Part shown: positions 16,820 to 20,154 of the stretch, in pieces | How the letters are laid out: the number at the start of each line of letters is the position of its first letter | Position numbering within the stretch: position 1 is the first letter of the stretch | Source: Candidatus Methylomirabilia bacterium | Lineage (GTDB): Bacteria > Methylomirabilota > Methylomirabilia > Rokubacteriales > CSP1-6 | Direction: 5' to 3' | DNA length: 20,154 bases | NCBI GenBank assembly: GCA_041492755.1 | Contig: JBGPXN010000080.1 | Span: 1-20,154 of the forward strand | Program-made: the position numbers and the translations under genes | Notes under the pieces: model-generated | The model's input: the letters and a program-made list of their open reading frames with translations, nothing else | What the model was told of the DNA's origin: nothing | The model's database searches: none

Positions 16820-17920
16820 ATGACCAAAGCGTCGCAACCATCCCAGGCGTCCGGTGCGAGCCGCCCCGTGGCCCAGGTGGGTCAAGATCCGCGGCTCGTT
16901 GCGTTCGGTCAGGACGTTCGTCGTCACGCCCTCATGCCCGGCTGGGACTTCCAGGGGGTGCAGTCGAACGAGCCGATCCCGGCCGAGCAGGCGTATCGCT
17001 GGAGCTGGACCGAGGTCCTTCGTCCGATGATGGTGAAGGCCTACGACCTCGTGGATCCGGTCAAGGCCGAGCGGCGCAACCTGATCATGGTCAACCCTGG
17101 CCTGCAGCGCGCGGCCACCACGCAGACGCTCATCGCCGCGGTGCAAGGTGTCCTGCCGGGCGAGATCGCGCCCGCGCATCGCCACACCGCCGGTGCCCTG
17201 CGCTTCACGATCGAGGGCCGCGGCGCGCTCACGAACGTCGACGGCGAACCGTGCGCCATGGATCCGGCGGCGCTGATCCTCACGCCCCAGTGGTGCTGGC
17301 ACGACCACGCCAACGAGACCGATCAGCCGGTGATCTGGCTCGACGTCCTCGACGTGCCGTTCGTCATGGGACTCAACCAGTGGTTCTGGGAGCCGTTCCC
17401 GCACGAGACCCAGCCTCGCTCCCGGCCCCGCGGCGCCAACTTCAAGCGGTTCGGCGCCGGCATCGTCCGGCCGGTCGGCCCGCGCGTCCACGACGGGCCC
17501 TCGCCGCTCCTGGTCTATCCGTGGGACCGAACCGAAGCCGCGCTCCGCGCGCTGGCCGAGCTGGAGGAGGGCGACGGCGGGGTCACGGTCGAATACAACA
17601 ATCCCCTGACCGGTGGCCCCGTGCTTCCCACCATCGCCTGCTACGCGCAGATGCTGCGCCCATGCGGACTGACCCAACCCCGCCGGACGAACGCGAGCGC
17701 GATCCTGCACGTCGTCCGCGGCCGCGGCCGGACCATCGTGGGTGACCAGAAGCTCGAGTGGGAGACGGGCGACGTCCTCGCTATTCCGCACTGGACCTGG
17801 GTGCAGCACGAGAACGGCTCGACCACGGAGCCGGCCTTCCTCTTCAGCTCGACCGACGTGCCGATCCTCCAGGCCTTCGGCATCCATCGCGAGGAGGTCG
17901 CCGGGGGCGCCCGGCGATGA
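16820..17920 (+). CDS. Gentisate 1,2-dioxygenase-like bicupin ring-cleavage dioxygenase
   Basis: ERRNLIMVNPGL, QGVLPGEIAPAHRHT, ALRF, LTPQWCWHDH, WLDVLDVP, YPW, YNNPLTGG, WETGD and SSTD.P. The three Fe-binding His residues (HxH...H) are in the first cupin. Confidence 0.87.
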   Translation: MTKASQPSQASGASRPVAQVGQDPRLVAFGQDVRRHALMPGWDFQGVQSNEPIPAEQAYRWSWTEVLRPMMVKAYDLVDPVKAERRNLIMVNPGLQRAATTQTLIAAVQGVLPGEIAPAHRHTAGALRFTIEGRGALTNVDGEPCAMDPAALILTPQWCWHDHANETDQPVIWLDVLDVPFVMGLNQWFWEPFPHETQPRSRPRGANFKRFGAGIVRPVGPRVHDGPSPLLVYPWDRTEAALRALAELEEGDGGVTVEYNNPLTGGPVLPTIACYAQMLRPCGLTQPRRTNASAILHVVRGRGRTIVGDQKLEWETGDVLAIPHWTWVQHENGSTTEPAFLFSSTDVPILQAFGIHREEVAGGARR

Positions 17921-18978
17921 AGTTCGGGCTCAACTTTTTCCCCTCGTTCCGATCGTCGGATGCCACCACCGCGGCGTATTTCGACCAGTGCCTCCGGCTG
18001 GCGGAGCGCGCCGACCAGCTCGGATTCAACTCGGTCAAGACGGTCGAGCACTACTTCTTCGACTACGGCGGGCACTCGCCGAATCCCGTCGTGCTCCTGT
18101 CCGCGGTCGCCGCGCGCACCCGGCATATCCGGCCGATCACCGGCGCGGTCATCCCGGCCTTCAACAACCCGATGAAGCTGGCTGCCGAGCTGGCCGCGCT
18201 GGACAACATCAGCAACGGCCGCCTCGATGCCGGCTTCGGGCGCGCGTTCATCCCCAAGGAGTTCGACGCGTTCGGCGTGAGCATGGAGGACAGCCGCGCC
18301 CGCTTCGAGGAAGGGCTCGACATCGTCATCAAGCTCTGGACCCAGGACCGGGTGTCCTACGACGGCACGTTCCACAAGCTCCGCGACATCCACCTGATGC
18401 CGCGCCCCGTCCAGAAGCCCCACCCGCCGATCTGGGTCGCTGCGGTCGCCTCGATGGACTCTTTCGTCTGGGCGGGCGAGCACGGCTTCAACTTGATGAT
18501 CGTGCCGTACGCGGGCGACATGCGGAAGGTGAGGGACATGGTGCGCGCCTACCGCGACGCCTGGCGTGGCGCCGGCCACCCGCCGGGAGCGGAGCAGGTC
18601 CAGAGCTCGCTGCACTGTTACCTGGCCGAGACCCACCGGGAGGCTGTCGAGGGCGCCCGGCCGCGCGTCGAACGGTACATCGACGTCTTCGGAGAGGCCG
18701 TGAGCTCGTGGGCGGGCCACCAGGCGGGGCAGTACGCCGGCTACGACAAGATGCTCGACTCCATCGCCCGGACCACGGTCGAGTCGATGCTGGAGGGCAA
18801 GCAGGCGCTGATCGGAACGCCGGACGACGTGGTGGAGCAGCTCGAGTACCACCGTGAGCTCTTCGGCGAGATCGAGCCCTCGATGCAGATCAACTTCGGA
18901 GGAACCAGCGACACGGAAGCCTTCCGGACGCTCGAGCTGTTCGCCGAGCGCGTCATGCCGCGGTACGCGAGCCGCTGA
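17917..18978 (+). CDS. Luciferase-like (LLM class) flavin-dependent oxidoreductase
   Basis: ATGA overlap. MKFGLNFFP, ADQLGF...VEHYF..YGG.SPNP, LDNISNGRL..GFGR, PRPVQKPHPPIWVA, IGTPDDV, ELFAERVMP. Confidence 0.92.
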   Translation: MKFGLNFFPSFRSSDATTAAYFDQCLRLAERADQLGFNSVKTVEHYFFDYGGHSPNPVVLLSAVAARTRHIRPITGAVIPAFNNPMKLAAELAALDNISNGRLDAGFGRAFIPKEFDAFGVSMEDSRARFEEGLDIVIKLWTQDRVSYDGTFHKLRDIHLMPRPVQKPHPPIWVAAVASMDSFVWAGEHGFNLMIVPYAGDMRKVRDMVRAYRDAWRGAGHPPGAEQVQSSLHCYLAETHREAVEGARPRVERYIDVFGEAVSSWAGHQAGQYAGYDKMLDSIARTTVESMLEGKQALIGTPDDVVEQLEYHRELFGEIEPSMQINFGGTSDTEAFRTLELFAERVMPRYASR

Positions 18979-19261
18979 AACGCTCGGCGCGTAGACAGGC
19001 ACCCATGGGCCTTCGACGGTCGCCCTCCCCGCCGTGCTAACCCGCGCGCTGGTGTGGTGTAGCAACGTGCGGGAGGAGGAGCCGACCGACTCGCAACCGC
19101 GCGTCACAACAGGGGCGGCCGGCCGGCGCCCCCCTCAGGCCCCGGCGTGCTGGACCGCGCCACCCGCCTCGCGCGTGCTACTCAGTTGTGGCGAATAGGA
19201 AGTTAGCCCTCTCACCGCCTGAGTCCACATGGGAGCGGAGCGAGTAGTGCGCCGCGCCTGA

Positions 19262-19933
19262 TTACGCTTGCTCTCTCAGATGTCCGGCAAGCCGTCGCGC
19301 CTGAAAGAGCGCAGCCATATGCAGCATGATGAAAATGGGCACAAGGTATGCCGGGATGACCACGAGTGGCAACTGTGCCATCGGGCCAGTCGTGATCTCC
19401 CCGGCGACCCCGACAGCGAGGCCCGAGCTGAGTGCCCCGGTGCCAACGGCCACGACGAGGTCCAACACCCCGAGCGCATTCCACACCACGAAGGTCTTGC
19501 TGGCCGCGAAGCTGGGTTGTCGGATGAGGGCGACTAGTATCCAAGGCGCGGTGACTCCGATCGCGATATCACCAAGCCCCGCGGGCCAAGCGAAGATGCC
19601 AGGCAACACCCCGTGCGTATAAAGGGCCAGAAACCCCAGCCCGGCGAACCTCCACGCTTGTATCCCCGCAATGAGACGGAGGTCAGCCGCCAGGACAAAT
19701 TCGCGGAACGGACGCGACAACCAGAACCCGGCGAAAAACACGATGATGGGCGCCATGACCCCGATCAGGATCGGCAGTGGCGGCGTCCCGGGCGGTGTGA
19801 CGAACGCCCCACCCGCGCCCAACAGAATGACAAGCGTGAACCAGATGGCAAGCACGACTGCGACGACCGACTTTATGCCCGGAACGACTGGCGACCTCGG
19901 CTGGGTGGAACGCGACAGGACAGCGTCTGACAT
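19262..19933 (-). CDS. Hypothetical integral membrane protein (about 6 TM helices)
   Basis: 223 aa, hydrophobic, with QAWRFAG..FL, G.LP..FAWPAGLGD and P...IPAYLVP.....H. SD AGAGGGAG. More A/T-ending codons than the upstream genes. Confidence 0.85.
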   Translation of the reverse strand: MSDAVLSRSTQPRSPVVPGIKSVVAVVLAIWFTLVILLGAGGAFVTPPGTPPLPILIGVMAPIIVFFAGFWLSRPFREFVLAADLRLIAGIQAWRFAGLGFLALYTHGVLPGIFAWPAGLGDIAIGVTAPWILVALIRQPSFAASKTFVVWNALGVLDLVVAVGTGALSSGLAVGVAGEITTGPMAQLPLVVIPAYLVPIFIMLHMAALFQARRLAGHLREQA

Positions 19934-19944
19934 GGTGTCTCCCT

Positions 19945-20076
19945 CTTGAGCCGGTCGCGCTGGCAGACGCGCGAGGGTCCCGGGATCACGAGTTAGCGGC
20001 GATCAGACGGATCGTCATGGACAATCGGGAACGCTTCTTGGGGAGATGGCATGAGTACTTCGGTGGAGCGAGCTGA
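19945..20076 (+). pseudogene. 5'-truncated DUF4160-like gene remnant
   Basis: Hand translation LEPVALADARGSRDHELAAIRRIVMDNRERFLGRWHEYFGGAS* resembles the C-terminal half of DUF4160 proteins as I recall them. There is no ATG/GTG upstream in frame before the stop at 19837-19839. It overlaps the start of a DUF2442-like gene. Confidence 0.7.
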
Positions 20077-20154
20077 AGTGCTGGCGGTCGACGTGTCGTG
20101 CACGAAGGACACGTTGAGCGTTGCCCTTTCTGACGGAAGGACCGTCACGGTTCC
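20051..20154 (+). CDS. DUF2442-like protein (putative antitoxin partner), runs off the right window edge
   Basis: MSTSVERAEVLAVDVSCTKDTLSVALSDGRTVTV(P) carries the L.V.L.DGR...VP pattern, with SD GGGAG at 20041-20045. Confidence 0.75.
   Translation, partial: MSTSVERAEVLAVDVSCTKDTLSVALSDGRTVTV

Noticed and set aside
19035..19208. Integron attC site downstream of the membrane gene (GGCTAAC...GTTAGCA on the minus strand)
   Set aside because: About 174 bp is long for attC, the L boxes do not pair at the expected spacing, there is no GTTRRRY at the gene's 5' end, and no intI is in the window.
19212..19261. Possible missing 5' half of the DUF4160-like gene (CCG CCT GA GTC CAC ATG, resembling PPxVH)
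   Set aside because: It needs a frameshift and matches only a few residues, which is not distinguishable from chance by eye.

Overview
High-GC bacterial chromosomal window, mostly transport and metabolism. The gene style and an intergenic palindromic element tentatively suggest Ca. Rokubacteria/Methylomirabilota (recollection, unverified). In order: (-) 5' part of a PhnD-family substrate-binding protein gene behind a sigma28-like promoter; (-) nucleoside 2-deoxyribosyltransferase-family gene; (+) five-gene Opp/Dpp-type ABC importer; (+) five-gene Liv-type ABC importer, whose LivM-like gene appears to start at CTG, followed by a 91-aa unknown ORF; (-) alpha/beta hydrolase; a REP-like GC-rich element; (-) archaeal/eukaryotic-type asd; (+) ABC-2 exporter pair; (+) coupled gentisate 1,2-dioxygenase-like cupin and luciferase-like monooxygenase. 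The last kilobase differs in composition. It holds a (-) membrane protein gene abutting a 5'-truncated DUF4160-like remnant, then the start of a DUF2442-like gene, which looks like a broken toxin-antitoxin-like pair. No CRISPR array, rRNA, tRNA, integrase or transposase was seen. The best candidates for undescribed biology are the cupin-LLM module, the broken DUF4160/DUF2442 junction, the sigma28-type promoter and the archaeal-type asd.
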